Positions 26,269 to 36,076 are shown, counted from the first letter of the stretch. The stretch: 64,000 bases of DNA from Candidatus Nanopelagicales bacterium (GCA_041393775.1 JAWKJM010000003.1:187185-251184); one strand, 5' to 3'. Numbers and translations are program-made. Notes: generated from the letters alone by a model not told the origin.

Positions 26269-26470
26269 AGTCCGAAAATGTCTGGTGTACTCGGCCTCGG
26301 CAGGAGTTGGCCGCGAGGTTAGAGATTGTGCACGAGGTTAGTGAATGCACGTGTGGCTTCTCTAACCTCGTGCACGTTCTCTAACCCGAGCCGATTCCGC
26401 CCGGCATTTCCCCGCCTGAACGCCGCGGCCCGCCACGGCGAACCGGGAACCCTAACGCGAACCGGGAACC
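26269..26470 (+). repeat. Mosaic palindromic intergenic repeat, copy 2
   Basis: AGTCCGAAAATG... tail, arms at 26318-26345 and 26358-26385, then CTAACCCGAGC/CTAACGCGAAC modules; fills the convergent gap up to the next stop codon. Confidence 0.85.
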
Positions 26471-28546
26471 CTAGGCCCCCGCCCGTTCAGCCCGCGCCGC
26501 CAGCGCCAGCTCCCGCACCCGCGCCAAGTCCTCGTCGGTATACACACCGTTGACACCGCTGATGGTCGCCAGCTTCATCCCGTGCTTCAGGCCGAGTTTG
26601 TAGATCTCCTTGACCTTCTCCCACTCGATGTTGCGCCCGATGGTGAAGGTCTCGTAGCGGCCCTCGAGGGCAAGCACGATGGTCTCAGCCAGGCAGGCGT
26701 AGGCGACACCGCGCGGCAGGCCGATGTCACCCATGTGCACGTCGCCGGGCAACTGGATCTCGCCGGACTCGACCACCAGGACGTCGGGACGTTTGGCCAC
26801 ATCCTCAGCCGACAGATCCAGCGGACGCGCGACGTCGGTGATCACACATCCGGGCTTCACCTGCATGATGTCGAGAACCCGCTTGCCAGCACCCGACGTG
26901 GCGGTGACGATGGCGTCCATCTCCGGCAGGGCCTCGTCGGGAGTGGCCGCGACGAACACCTTCGCCCGCGGGTTCTCCCGCTCAATGTCAGCCTTGAGGG
27001 CGAGCAGTTTCGCCGGTTCCGGTGAGACCAGCCACAACTCGTCAGTGGCCATGGCCAGCAACCGGGCGCACACCGATCCGATCGCCCCGGTGGCGCCCAC
27101 CACCATGCTCTTGCCCAACAGCCGGCCCTGCTCGTCGACCTCTGAGACCCCGAGCCGGCGGATGGCGTCGTGCAAGGCCCAGAGCGCACCCGACGCGCTG
27201 TAACTGTTGCCGGTCGTGATCGGCAACGGCGCGCGCTTCGCAACTGTCACGCCCGCGTCCCCGACCACCTTGGTGAACGCGCCGAGCCCCATGATCTGGG
27301 CGCCGAGCTTCTTGGCGATGTCGGCGGCGGCCAACAGCCGCGAATACGTGAACTCGGGGTCGTGGGCCATGAGTTGCTTCGGCGTTCCGCCGACCGTGAT
27401 CAACCAGCCCTCGGCCTCGTCGCCGGTCGGCGAAGTGACACCGGTGATGTGGCTGTACTTGAACGGCGGCGCATACGCGATGGCCTTCTCGACACCGTCC
27501 ATGACCACCTGCGGCGACACCTTCGCAATGGTGTTCAAGGGTTCTACGTTGCGCAGGTACTGCTGTGACAACGGGTGGATCACGAAGGCGAACCGACTCT
27601 TGCGCTTGTAGCCGCCGGGGTACATCGACCTCGGCTCCAGGCCCGCGGAGGTGATCATGTCCAGGAGGTCGTCGTCGGTCAGCGTCACCTCGTCCGCGCC
27701 GGTCACGGCCAGCATGAGGCCCTCCAGAACGGCGGCATTGACGGTGACCCCCTCGAAGGGCTGCGGGGTGTCATCGAGGACCAGATCGACCCCTCGGCGA
27801 TGCAGTTCTTCAAGCCGCTTCTCGGACACCGACGACGTGATAAGCGTCTTGCCCGCCAGTTCCTCGAGGTCGAACATCATCAACTCGTCGTAGGTGGCGA
27901 CCAGCACGTCGGCGTCCCGGACTGCCCTGCGAAGCATGGACTGGTTGAAACGGCGCCCGGGCGCGCTGACCGGGCCGGCGATGGGGCCTGGCACCCGGTC
28001 GAGGAACCACTTGCTCACCCCGGCGAACCGGTCGAGCGCGTTGAAGGAGTCGAGCATCGACGGCAGGCCCCACTGGAGGACAGCGTCGGCGAACTTGATG
28101 TTCTCGGTGAACTCCGCCAGCAGCCGGGCGGTGCGGCGGTGGTGCGAGCCGCCGAGCACAACGGTGCGCGCGTTGTTGAACAGGCCGGGCTTGTCGGCTG
28201 CCACCTTGCGGATCGTCCACTCCTGCAACACATCGCGCAGCCGGCCCCCGTTGGTGAAGGGTACCTCTCCGGTCGCAGCTTCCAGTCTGCGCAAAGCGCC
28301 CTTCTCGTCACCGGAGAGGATCCCTACTGTGCGCGCATCCAGGGCCCCGGTGATGGCGAAGACCGTCGTGCCCGGCAGCCACTGCTTAACCATCTCCTCC
28401 CCGCGGTCGACGTCCCCGTCCGCCCCGACTCTCACAATGCGGAAGTCGTGCTCCAGGAAGGTCACCGACGTGTCGTAGTTACGCTCCGACTCCGCCAGAC
28501 TCACGTCCACGACTACTGGCAGTTCCTTTGCCTTCTTACGCGCCAT
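26471..28546 (-). CDS. Two-domain oxidoreductase; the C-terminal ~340 aa are acyl-ACP reductase (AAR)-like
   Basis: GLGAFTKV, TTGNSYSA, VVGATGAIGSVCA and YACLAETIVLALEG...TIGRNIEWEKVKEI parallel cyanobacterial AAR motifs. Confidence 0.6.
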   Translation of the reverse strand: MARKKAKELPVVVDVSLAESERNYDTSVTFLEHDFRIVRVGADGDVDRGEEMVKQWLPGTTVFAITGALDARTVGILSGDEKGALRRLEAATGEVPFTNGGRLRDVLQEWTIRKVAADKPGLFNNARTVVLGGSHHRRTARLLAEFTENIKFADAVLQWGLPSMLDSFNALDRFAGVSKWFLDRVPGPIAGPVSAPGRRFNQSMLRRAVRDADVLVATYDELMMFDLEELAGKTLITSSVSEKRLEELHRRGVDLVLDDTPQPFEGVTVNAAVLEGLMLAVTGADEVTLTDDDLLDMITSAGLEPRSMYPGGYKRKSRFAFVIHPLSQQYLRNVEPLNTIAKVSPQVVMDGVEKAIAYAPPFKYSHITGVTSPTGDEAEGWLITVGGTPKQLMAHDPEFTYSRLLAAADIAKKLGAQIMGLGAFTKVVGDAGVTVAKRAPLPITTGNSYSASGALWALHDAIRRLGVSEVDEQGRLLGKSMVVGATGAIGSVCARLLAMATDELWLVSPEPAKLLALKADIERENPRAKVFVAATPDEALPEMDAIVTATSGAGKRVLDIMQVKPGCVITDVARPLDLSAEDVAKRPDVLVVESGEIQLPGDVHMGDIGLPRGVAYACLAETIVLALEGRYETFTIGRNIEWEKVKEIYKLGLKHGMKLATISGVNGVYTDEDLARVRELALAARAERAGA

Positions 28547-28561
28547 GTTCCCTCTTCCGAC

Positions 28562-29401
28562 CTAGTACAACGGATCTGCAAATGTGCCCGCGGCCCTGCG
28601 CAGGCCACCGGTGTAGGCCTGCACGTCGAGCACTGCCGGCTGCACCACGTCTACCACCGACCGGTTGAGGTCGGGGGCCGCGATGAGTTCGGCCGCGGCC
28701 GCCACCAGACCTTCATAGGCCTGCACGCCATCGCGCAGGCGCGCGGCCACTTCGACACTCGCGTGCTGGGCAGAGGTGGCGGCCTGGGTCCCCGGCATCT
28801 GCTGGGCCGTTCGGTACAACGTCCCGAGCCGTTCCACGAGGGACCGCAGCGCAGGGTCGACTTCGGTCAATGCCCGCCGCAACTGCTGCCCCGCTTCGGG
28901 ATGCATCTGGTCGACCAGCGGCAACAGGTCGTCCCACCGCTGGGCCGCACGCGACCAGCGGGCGACCTCGTCGGAACCCGGGGTTCCGGGTGGCAGGGGC
29001 TCGATCGGCAACGGCGGCAGTTCTGGCATGGCGGGAGGCTGGAGCGTCTGCCGCTTCTCCTTGGTCAGGAATGCGAACATCCCGGAGAAACCGGCCGCGG
29101 TGAACCAGAGCAGCGAGGGTTGCGGGGTCACGGCGCCGATGACACCCATCACCGAGGCGCCCGCAGCACCGGCGGTCCAGGCGATCTGACGGCTGCGCAT
29201 CCGCTGCAAGCGCCGCTCGTAACCTGCCACCCGGTTCTGGTGACCGGCCACAAGCGCCTGCCGCTGCGCCATGACGAGCTCCCGGTCCGTCGGCCGTTTC
29301 GGCCTTGTGGCGCGATAAGCCTGGTAGCGCTCAAGCCCAGCGGTGAAACCAGCTTCGACCACCTTCAGCCAATGGTCGTTCTGCTTGTTCCGCTTGGCCA
29401 T
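28562..29401 (-). CDS. Hypothetical membrane-anchored protein
   Basis: 279-aa ORF with two central TM helices, 16 nt upstream of the AAR-like gene. Confidence 0.6.
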   Translation of the reverse strand: MAKRNKQNDHWLKVVEAGFTAGLERYQAYRATRPKRPTDRELVMAQRQALVAGHQNRVAGYERRLQRMRSRQIAWTAGAAGASVMGVIGAVTPQPSLLWFTAAGFSGMFAFLTKEKRQTLQPPAMPELPPLPIEPLPPGTPGSDEVARWSRAAQRWDDLLPLVDQMHPEAGQQLRRALTEVDPALRSLVERLGTLYRTAQQMPGTQAATSAQHASVEVAARLRDGVQAYEGLVAAAAELIAAPDLNRSVVDVVQPAVLDVQAYTGGLRRAAGTFADPLY

Positions 29402-29452
29402 GCTCCTACGGTACGTGACACAGCGGTCGCAGGCGAAGTCGTTGCCTGAACC

Positions 29453-30430
29453 TCACCCAACCGCGGGCAGTTCGAACCATGCCAGGGTGGTGGTGTTCAG
29501 GCTGCCGAGGGCGACCTTGTCGCCTGCCACACGGACCCCAGTCACCATGAAGAAGTCGTCGTGCTCCCCGAAGAACTCGTGGACCATCGTGCCCTGCACG
29601 TCGTACGCCCGCAGCCACGTCATCGTGTCCGGTTTGGGGTGCAGCGCCTCGGGGAGCGCCCAGATCGCCTTGCGCAGCAGCGGGATCTTGGCAGGCAGGC
29701 CGTCCAATGCGGACTTGCGGGCACTGGCCATCGCCACCCAGAGCAGGCCGTCGTCGCCGTTGGAGATGTTGTCCGGGAACCCCGGCAGGTTGGTGATCCA
29801 TTGCTCTGTCCGGCCGGTGTCCAACCAGATCCGGGTGAGGCTGTAGTCGCCGGTCTGGGCGACGACGACGAACTCGTCGGTGAGCGCGACCCCGTTCGCG
29901 AACTGCAGCCCCTCCGCGAGCACATCAACGGTGCCGTCCGGGTTGCGGCGCAGGAGCCGACCGGTCCCGGAGTGCTCGAGCAGGTCCGCGGTCCAGTGCT
30001 CGAGTTCGAAGCGCTGGCTGGAGTCACTGAAGTAGATGGTGCCATCGGTCGCCACCGCCGCGTTGTTGCACAGCCGAAGACCGTGCTGCCCGACGGCCAC
30101 GAGCGTCTCCAGATCTCCAGTCGCGGGATCGAGCAGGAGTAACCCGCGCTCGGCGTCACAGATCAGGACCCGTCCGTCGGTGTACTGCTCGAGGCCGAGC
30201 GGCCGGCCCTTGGTGTCGGCGAGAACCTCGATCTGCCACCCGTCCAGGCTCACCTTCACGATCCGGCCGTCGTCGACACCGGTCAGGATTGCATCACCGA
30301 GGAACAGCGGGTCCTCGGGACCGTGACCGGGCACCGGCAGCACGTGCAGGGGCGGGAGGTTGGCCGGTGGCAAGGACTCCGCCGATGCGGGCGGCTCCCA
30401 TTTGACGGGATGGATCGACGGTTTGCTCAT
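29453..30430 (-). CDS. Strictosidine synthase-like / SMP-30 beta-propeller family protein
   Basis: DGTIYFSDSS and LQFANGVAL motifs; start at ATG 30430. Confidence 0.7.
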   Translation of the reverse strand: MSKPSIHPVKWEPPASAESLPPANLPPLHVLPVPGHGPEDPLFLGDAILTGVDDGRIVKVSLDGWQIEVLADTKGRPLGLEQYTDGRVLICDAERGLLLLDPATGDLETLVAVGQHGLRLCNNAAVATDGTIYFSDSSQRFELEHWTADLLEHSGTGRLLRRNPDGTVDVLAEGLQFANGVALTDEFVVVAQTGDYSLTRIWLDTGRTEQWITNLPGFPDNISNGDDGLLWVAMASARKSALDGLPAKIPLLRKAIWALPEALHPKPDTMTWLRAYDVQGTMVHEFFGEHDDFFMVTGVRVAGDKVALGSLNTTTLAWFELPAVG

Positions 30431-30509
30431 GGGCTCATTGTGCGGCGTCAGCCGCGGACGGTTGGCCACTTTCGGGCATCTCGCGGCGGGACTGATCCGC
30501 AGGTTTCGA

Positions 30510-31673
30510 CTAGGCCAAGCGCGGTGCCCGCAACTTGACCACCATGGCCTCCATCGCCAGTTGCGGGGCCACGTTCATCGCCAACGCCTGTCGGGCGTCG
30601 CGGATCGCCGTGATCCGCAGCAAGGTGTCCGAGGTCGCGCTCTCGTCGGCCATCCGCGCGAGGTCGGAACGCATCTCCTCGTTGACCAACTCCACCGGCG
30701 CTTCTTCTTGCAGCGCCAGGACGTCACGGAACCAGGCGAGCAGATCGACCAGGACCCGGTCGAGCTCGTCACGTACCGCGCGGGAGCGACGAGCCGCCTG
30801 CCGGTCCTCGAGGTCCTTGAGGGCGGCCTTGGTCACCCGTTTGATCCCCTTGCCCTCGGCTCCGGAGCCCAACGCGAGCATCATCTCCGCCCGCTCGCTC
30901 TCGTCGCGTTCGGACAACAGCGCCTCCGCATCGGCCTTGGCAGCCGCGACGATATTGCCGGCAGCGGACATACAGCTGGCCAGGTCGGACAGATCGCGCA
31001 CCATGACCAGCACGTCGTGGCGGCGGTTGCGCACCGACTCGATCGTGGCCAGCGCCCTGGCGCGGCCGATGTGACCCATGGACGCGCGCGCGGCGAAGGC
31101 CGCGGTTGCCGGATCCACCCCCTGCTGCTGCGTGAGGAACGCCGCCACCGCATCGGTGCCGGGAGTGCGCAGGCCGATCACCTGACAGCGGGAACGCACG
31201 GTGGGCAACAGATCCTCGACGCTCGGCGCACAGAGCAACCAGACGGTGCGGCTGGCGGGTTCCTCGATGCTCTTGAGCAGGACGTTGTTCGCGGATTCGG
31301 TCAGTCGGTCGGCATCCTCCATCACGATGACGTGCCAGCGGGCCCGGGTCGGCGCCATGTCGGCCCGGGCGACCAGCCGCCGGGCTTCCTCGGTCTTGTA
31401 TGACAGCCCTTCCGGGCGGACCACCTCCACGTCGGGGTGGCTACCGGACCTGACCGCCTGGCAGTCCTGGCAGACCCCGCAGCCTCCTTCGGGGCAGACC
31501 AGTGCGGCACCGAACGCGATGGCGGCATTGGATCGCCCTGAGCCCGGCGGGCCGATGAACAGCCAGGCGTGGGTCATGCTCGGCCCCACCGGTTCGTCGG
31601 CGGCGTCGACTGCCGCCTCCTGCAGCACCTCGACCACATGGTCCTGGCCGACCAGCGTGTCGAAGACCCTCAT
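30510..31673 (-). CDS. holB: DNA polymerase III subunit delta'
   Basis: HAWLFIGPPGSGRS Walker A, CGVCQDC zinc module, SRC motif (VRSRCQ); ATGA overlap with tmk. Confidence 0.85.
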   Translation of the reverse strand: MRVFDTLVGQDHVVEVLQEAAVDAADEPVGPSMTHAWLFIGPPGSGRSNAAIAFGAALVCPEGGCGVCQDCQAVRSGSHPDVEVVRPEGLSYKTEEARRLVARADMAPTRARWHVIVMEDADRLTESANNVLLKSIEEPASRTVWLLCAPSVEDLLPTVRSRCQVIGLRTPGTDAVAAFLTQQQGVDPATAAFAARASMGHIGRARALATIESVRNRRHDVLVMVRDLSDLASCMSAAGNIVAAAKADAEALLSERDESERAEMMLALGSGAEGKGIKRVTKAALKDLEDRQAARRSRAVRDELDRVLVDLLAWFRDVLALQEEAPVELVNEEMRSDLARMADESATSDTLLRITAIRDARQALAMNVAPQLAMEAMVVKLRAPRLA

Positions 31674-32275
31674 CGCCATTCTTCGGGCACCGCCGCCCAT
31701 ACCAGTTCGGAAACTTCCTCGACCGATCCCGAAGCGTCGATCACCGCGTACCGATGACTCGCTCTGCCCGCCAGATCCAGCAACCCCCTGCGCACCCGGG
31801 CCTGGAACAACTCGCCCTCGTTCTCCATGCGGTCCGCCTCGCCGTTGCGTTGTGTCGACGCCCCCACCGGGAGATCCAGCATGATCGTCAGGTCCGGCAC
31901 CAGACCATCGGTGGCCCACAGATTGACCTTCTCCACCTCGTCCACCCCGAGGCCGCGGGCAACCCCCTGGTAGGCCAGCGAAGAGTCCACGAACCGGTCG
32001 GAGATCACCACCGCGCCGCGTTCGAGCGCCGGGCGGATCGTACGTTCCACATGGTCGGCGCGCGCGGCGGCGAACAGCAGTGCCTCGCAACGACTGGCCA
32101 TGTCCACATCGTCGGCCAGCAACAGCACACGGATCGCCTCCGCCACCGGGGTGCCACCCGGCTCACGGGTCACCACGACTTCGTGCTTCTCAGTCATCCG
32201 CTGGGCCAGCACCTGCAACTGAGTCGTCTTGCCCGAGCGGTCCACGCCCTCGAACGCTACGAACAATCCCGTCAC
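31670..32275 (-). CDS. tmk: dTMP (thymidylate) kinase
   Basis: FVAFEGVDRSGKTTQ P-loop and DRFVDSSLAYQG motifs. Confidence 0.9.
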   Translation of the reverse strand: MTGLFVAFEGVDRSGKTTQLQVLAQRMTEKHEVVVTREPGGTPVAEAIRVLLLADDVDMASRCEALLFAAARADHVERTIRPALERGAVVISDRFVDSSLAYQGVARGLGVDEVEKVNLWATDGLVPDLTIMLDLPVGASTQRNGEADRMENEGELFQARVRRGLLDLAGRASHRYAVIDASGSVEEVSELVWAAVPEEWR

Positions 32276-32330
32276 GCGTTCAAGCCTCTCACGGCCGTTC
32301 AGGGGCGGCGGGTTGCCGTCGGCCCCCGGA

Positions 32331-32410
32331 CAGCGAGGTTAGAGGTTGTCCACGACGTTAGAGGAACCACGCGTGTCTTCTCTAACCTCGTGCACGTTCT
32401 CTAACCTCGT
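32331..32410 (+). repeat. Mosaic palindromic repeat, copy 3 (diverged subfamily)
   Basis: Arms at 32338-32365 and 32378-32405; right arm identical to the family consensus TTCTCTAACCTCGTGCACGTTCTCTAAC. Confidence 0.85.
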
Positions 32411-32485
32411 CGTCCGAGCGGTCACGCTGTCCACAGAATCGCATCGGACCGACCGGTCGACCCTCATCGCGGCAAGGCTGGGTGC

Positions 32486-33349
32486 ATGAACCGCATCAGC
32501 GAGTTGAGGGCCATGGGCCTCAATGCTGCTCAGATCCAGCGGATACGCCGTCAGGGCAACCAGGTCACTTGGGGGGTCTACGCCGAGCCCGGACTCGACC
32601 CGCAGGCCAGGTACCTGCTGAAGTGCCGGTCGGTCCTAGAACGGTTGCAGCCCTCCGCTGCTCTGGCCGGTCCGTCGGCGGCGGCGGTGTGGGAACTGCC
32701 GATCGTCGGAGAACCACCCGACGAGGTCTACGTACGCAACATTCCGCGAGGCGCCTACGCCCAGGACGTCCGGGTGCTATCCGATGCTCCCTCGCAAAGG
32801 GTCGGCGACCTCAATGTGACCACTCCCGTGTGGACGGCCATCGACTGCGCACGGATGCTGAACTCCCGCGACGGGCTCATCGTCGCCGACGCCGCACTTG
32901 CCGGGAGCCTGTTCACGACGGACGCCCTGGTCGCGGCAGCAGACGGCATCAGGGGTCACCCCGGCGCCTCTCGGGCTCGATGGATCGCTGCCCATGTCGA
33001 CCCGCTGTCCGAATCCCCCGGCGAGACATGGGCCCGCAGTCTTGTGAGCCAACTCGGGTACGACGTGAGCAGTCAGGCGTACGTGACCGATGGGCGCAGG
33101 GAAGCATGGCTGGACCTGCTCCTCGATGACGGACGCACCGCGATCGAGTTCGACGGCTTGGTCAAGTACAAGAAGCGCGGCCTGGCGAAGGTGATCCAGG
33201 AACACTTGAGGGACGGGGATCTGCAGGCGATCGGTTACACCCTGCTTCATGTCATCTGGAAGCAACTGTCCGACCCGGCCCAATTGGACCGCCGTCTGCG
33301 ATACGCCGGAGCGAGGCCGGCCCGCCCGCCGCGCCTGCTCACTTGGTGA
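32486..33349 (+). CDS. AbiEi-like N-terminal / DUF559-type endonuclease-like C-terminal protein
   Basis: N-terminal RISELRAMGLNAAQIQRIRRQG... and C-terminal TAIEFDGLVKYKK motifs. Confidence 0.6.
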   Translation: MNRISELRAMGLNAAQIQRIRRQGNQVTWGVYAEPGLDPQARYLLKCRSVLERLQPSAALAGPSAAAVWELPIVGEPPDEVYVRNIPRGAYAQDVRVLSDAPSQRVGDLNVTTPVWTAIDCARMLNSRDGLIVADAALAGSLFTTDALVAAADGIRGHPGASRARWIAAHVDPLSESPGETWARSLVSQLGYDVSSQAYVTDGRREAWLDLLLDDGRTAIEFDGLVKYKKRGLAKVIQEHLRDGDLQAIGYTLLHVIWKQLSDPAQLDRRLRYAGARPARPPRLLTW

Positions 33350-33362
33350 GGTGGAGCCAGTT

Positions 33363-33441
33363 CACGAGGTTAGAGGTTGGCCACGGTGTTAGAGGAACCA
33401 CGCGTGCCTTCTCTAACCTCGTGCACGTTCTCTAACCTCGC
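33363..33441 (+). repeat. Mosaic palindromic repeat, copy 4 (same subfamily as copy 3)
   Basis: Arms at 33369-33396 and 33409-33436. Confidence 0.85.
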
Positions 33442-33451
33442 GGGGGCGGCG

Positions 33452-36076
33452 CTACTTGCGCGAGGCGGCCTTCTTGCGCGGTGCCGCCTTCTTCTTCGGC
33501 GCGGGACCCTTGGCACGGCGTTCGCTGATCAGATCACTGGCCCGCTCCAGCGTGATCGTCAACGGGTCGTCGGCGACGCGCAGCGAGGCGTTGATCTCAC
33601 CGTCGGTGACGTACGGACCGAAGCGGCCATCCTTGAGCTCGATCTTCTTACCGCTGATCGGGTCGGTGCCGATCTCCTTGCCCGGTTGCGGCTCCTGGCG
33701 CCCCCGGCCGCGCTTGGGCTGGGCGAACAGCGCGAGCGCCTCATCGACGGTGCACGTGAAGATGCTGGCCTCGTCGGGCAGTGACCGGGAGTCCTTGCCG
33801 TGGGTCAGGTAGGGGCCGTACCGCCCGTTCTGCGCCATGATCGGCTCCCCGTCCTCCGGGTGCTTGCCGACCTCGCGCGGCAACGACAGCAGTCGCAACG
33901 CGTCCTCGAGGGAAACGGTCGCGATCTCCATGTCCTTGAACAGGCTGGCGGTGCGCGGTTTGACGGTCTTGCGCGGCTTCTTGGCGCCCTCCGGCAACTC
34001 CGGGAGAACCTCGGTGACGTACGGCCCGAACCGGCCCGTCTTGGTGACGATCTCGTGGCCGGTATCGGGGTCGATCCCGAGTACCCGCTCCTCCTTGGGC
34101 GCGTTCAGCAACTCCAACGCGACCTCGGCGGTCAGTTCGTCGGGAGGTAGGTCGGCCGGCACATTGGCCCGCCGCTCGCCCTGTTCGAGGTACGGGCCGA
34201 ACTTGCCGACCCGCAGCACCATCTCCTCGCCGATCGGGAACGACGAGTTCTCGCGCGGGTCGATCTCGGGCAGGCGTTCGATCATCGGGTGAAGACCGCG
34301 GAAGGCCACGCCCTGGGCGTCGTCACCGCCGTAGTAGAACCGGCCCAGCACCACCGACCGCGACGCGTCACCGCGCGCCACCACGTCCAGGATCTCCTCG
34401 AGACGCGCGGTGAAGTCGTAGTCCACGAGCCCTGCGAAATGGTCTTCCAGCAGGCGCACGACGGCGAACGCGAGCCATGCGGGGACCAGCGCCGACCCCC
34501 GCTTGAACACGTACCCCCGGTCAAGCAGGGTGCCGATGATCGCCGACCACGTGGACGGACGGCCGATCCCGCGATCCTCCAGCGCCTTCAGCAGCGACGC
34601 CTCCGTGTATCGGGCGGGCGGTTTGGTGGTGTGGTCCTCCGCGTTGAGCGCGCGGATGGTCACCGTGTCGCCCGTGGCCAAGTGCGGCAGCCGGCGTTGC
34701 TGGCCGAAGTCGTCGTCGTCGCGGCTCTCCTCATAGGCGGCGAGGAAACCCTGGAAGGTGATGACGGTACCGCTCGCGGAGAAGATCGTGTCGACGCCGT
34801 CGGAGGCGGTCGCGGCGAGTTTCAGCGTGGTGGTCGCGATCTTCGCGTCGGCCATCTGGGAGGCCACGGTGCGCTTCCACACCAGGTCGTACAAGGCCAT
34901 CTCGTCCGGGTTCAGCTCACCGGCCACCTGCCCCGGGGTGCGGAAGGACTCGCCGGCCGGGCGGATCGCCTCGTGCGCCTCCTGCGCGTTCTTGACCTTG
35001 CGCTCGTACAGCCGCGGCTGGGCGGCAACATGGTCGTCGCCGTACAGCGCACGAGCCTGATTGCGGGCGGCGTTGACCGCGGTTTCCGACAGGGTGGTGG
35101 AGTCGGTACGCATATATGTGATGTATCCGCGCTCGTACAGACCCTGCGCCACCCGCATCGTCCGCTGTCCGCCCCAGCGCAGCTTGCGCGACGCCTCCTG
35201 CTGCAGGGTCGACGTCATGAACGGCGGTGACGGCCTGCGTGTGCCGGGCTTCTCCTCCACCGAATCGACGGTCATAGCGGCGTCGGCCAGCCCCACCACG
35301 ATCGCTTCTGCCGCAGCCAGATCGAGGTGCCGGACGTCGGTCTTCTTCAATTGCCCGCGGTCGTCGAACGAGTCCCCGCGGGCGATCCGCACCCCGTCGA
35401 CATGGGTCAGGGTCGCGGTGAAATTGCCCGGGTCCAGCAGCGCCTCGATATCCGCATAGCCCGCCCGCACGAACGCCATCCGCTCCCGCTCCCGGTCGAC
35501 CACCAGGCGCAGGGCCACGGACTGCACGCGTCCGGCCGACAACCGCGGCATGACCTTCTTCCAGAGCACCGGCGACACCTCGTAGCCGTACAAGCGGTCC
35601 AGGATGCGGCGGGTCTCTTGGGCGTCGACGAGGTCCTGGTCAAGGTCGCGGGTCTCGCCCAGTGCCCGCTGGATCGCCTCTTTGGTGATCTCGTGAAACA
35701 CCATCCGCTTGACGGGAACCTTCGGCTTGAGTACTTCCAGAAGATGCCAGGCGATGGCTTCCCCCTCCCGGTCCTCATCGGTGGCCAGCAGCAGTTCGTC
35801 GGCGGTCGCGAGTTTGTCCTTCAACTCCTTGACCCGCGCCCGCTTGTCCGCGTTGACCACATAGATAGGAGCGAAGTTGTTCTCGACGTCCACTCCGAGC
35901 CGTGACCAGGACTCGGACTTGTACTTCGCGGGGATGTCGGCGGCCCGGTCCGGCAGGTCCCGGATGTGCCCAACACTGGCCGTCACCTCGAAACCGTCGC
36001 CGAGGTAGCCCTGGATCGTCTTGGCCTTGGCGGGCGACTCGACGATGACAAGGCGGCGGGGGGTGGTTCTGGGCAT
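33452..36076 (-). CDS. topA: DNA topoisomerase I
   Basis: LVIVESPAKAKTI Toprim start, canonical topA domains, Lys-rich C-terminal tail; ATG 36076 after GGAAGGA. Confidence 0.95.
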   Translation of the reverse strand: MPRTTPRRLVIVESPAKAKTIQGYLGDGFEVTASVGHIRDLPDRAADIPAKYKSESWSRLGVDVENNFAPIYVVNADKRARVKELKDKLATADELLLATDEDREGEAIAWHLLEVLKPKVPVKRMVFHEITKEAIQRALGETRDLDQDLVDAQETRRILDRLYGYEVSPVLWKKVMPRLSAGRVQSVALRLVVDRERERMAFVRAGYADIEALLDPGNFTATLTHVDGVRIARGDSFDDRGQLKKTDVRHLDLAAAEAIVVGLADAAMTVDSVEEKPGTRRPSPPFMTSTLQQEASRKLRWGGQRTMRVAQGLYERGYITYMRTDSTTLSETAVNAARNQARALYGDDHVAAQPRLYERKVKNAQEAHEAIRPAGESFRTPGQVAGELNPDEMALYDLVWKRTVASQMADAKIATTTLKLAATASDGVDTIFSASGTVITFQGFLAAYEESRDDDDFGQQRRLPHLATGDTVTIRALNAEDHTTKPPARYTEASLLKALEDRGIGRPSTWSAIIGTLLDRGYVFKRGSALVPAWLAFAVVRLLEDHFAGLVDYDFTARLEEILDVVARGDASRSVVLGRFYYGGDDAQGVAFRGLHPMIERLPEIDPRENSSFPIGEEMVLRVGKFGPYLEQGERRANVPADLPPDELTAEVALELLNAPKEERVLGIDPDTGHEIVTKTGRFGPYVTEVLPELPEGAKKPRKTVKPRTASLFKDMEIATVSLEDALRLLSLPREVGKHPEDGEPIMAQNGRYGPYLTHGKDSRSLPDEASIFTCTVDEALALFAQPKRGRGRQEPQPGKEIGTDPISGKKIELKDGRFGPYVTDGEINASLRVADDPLTITLERASDLISERRAKGPAPKKKAAPRKKAASRK

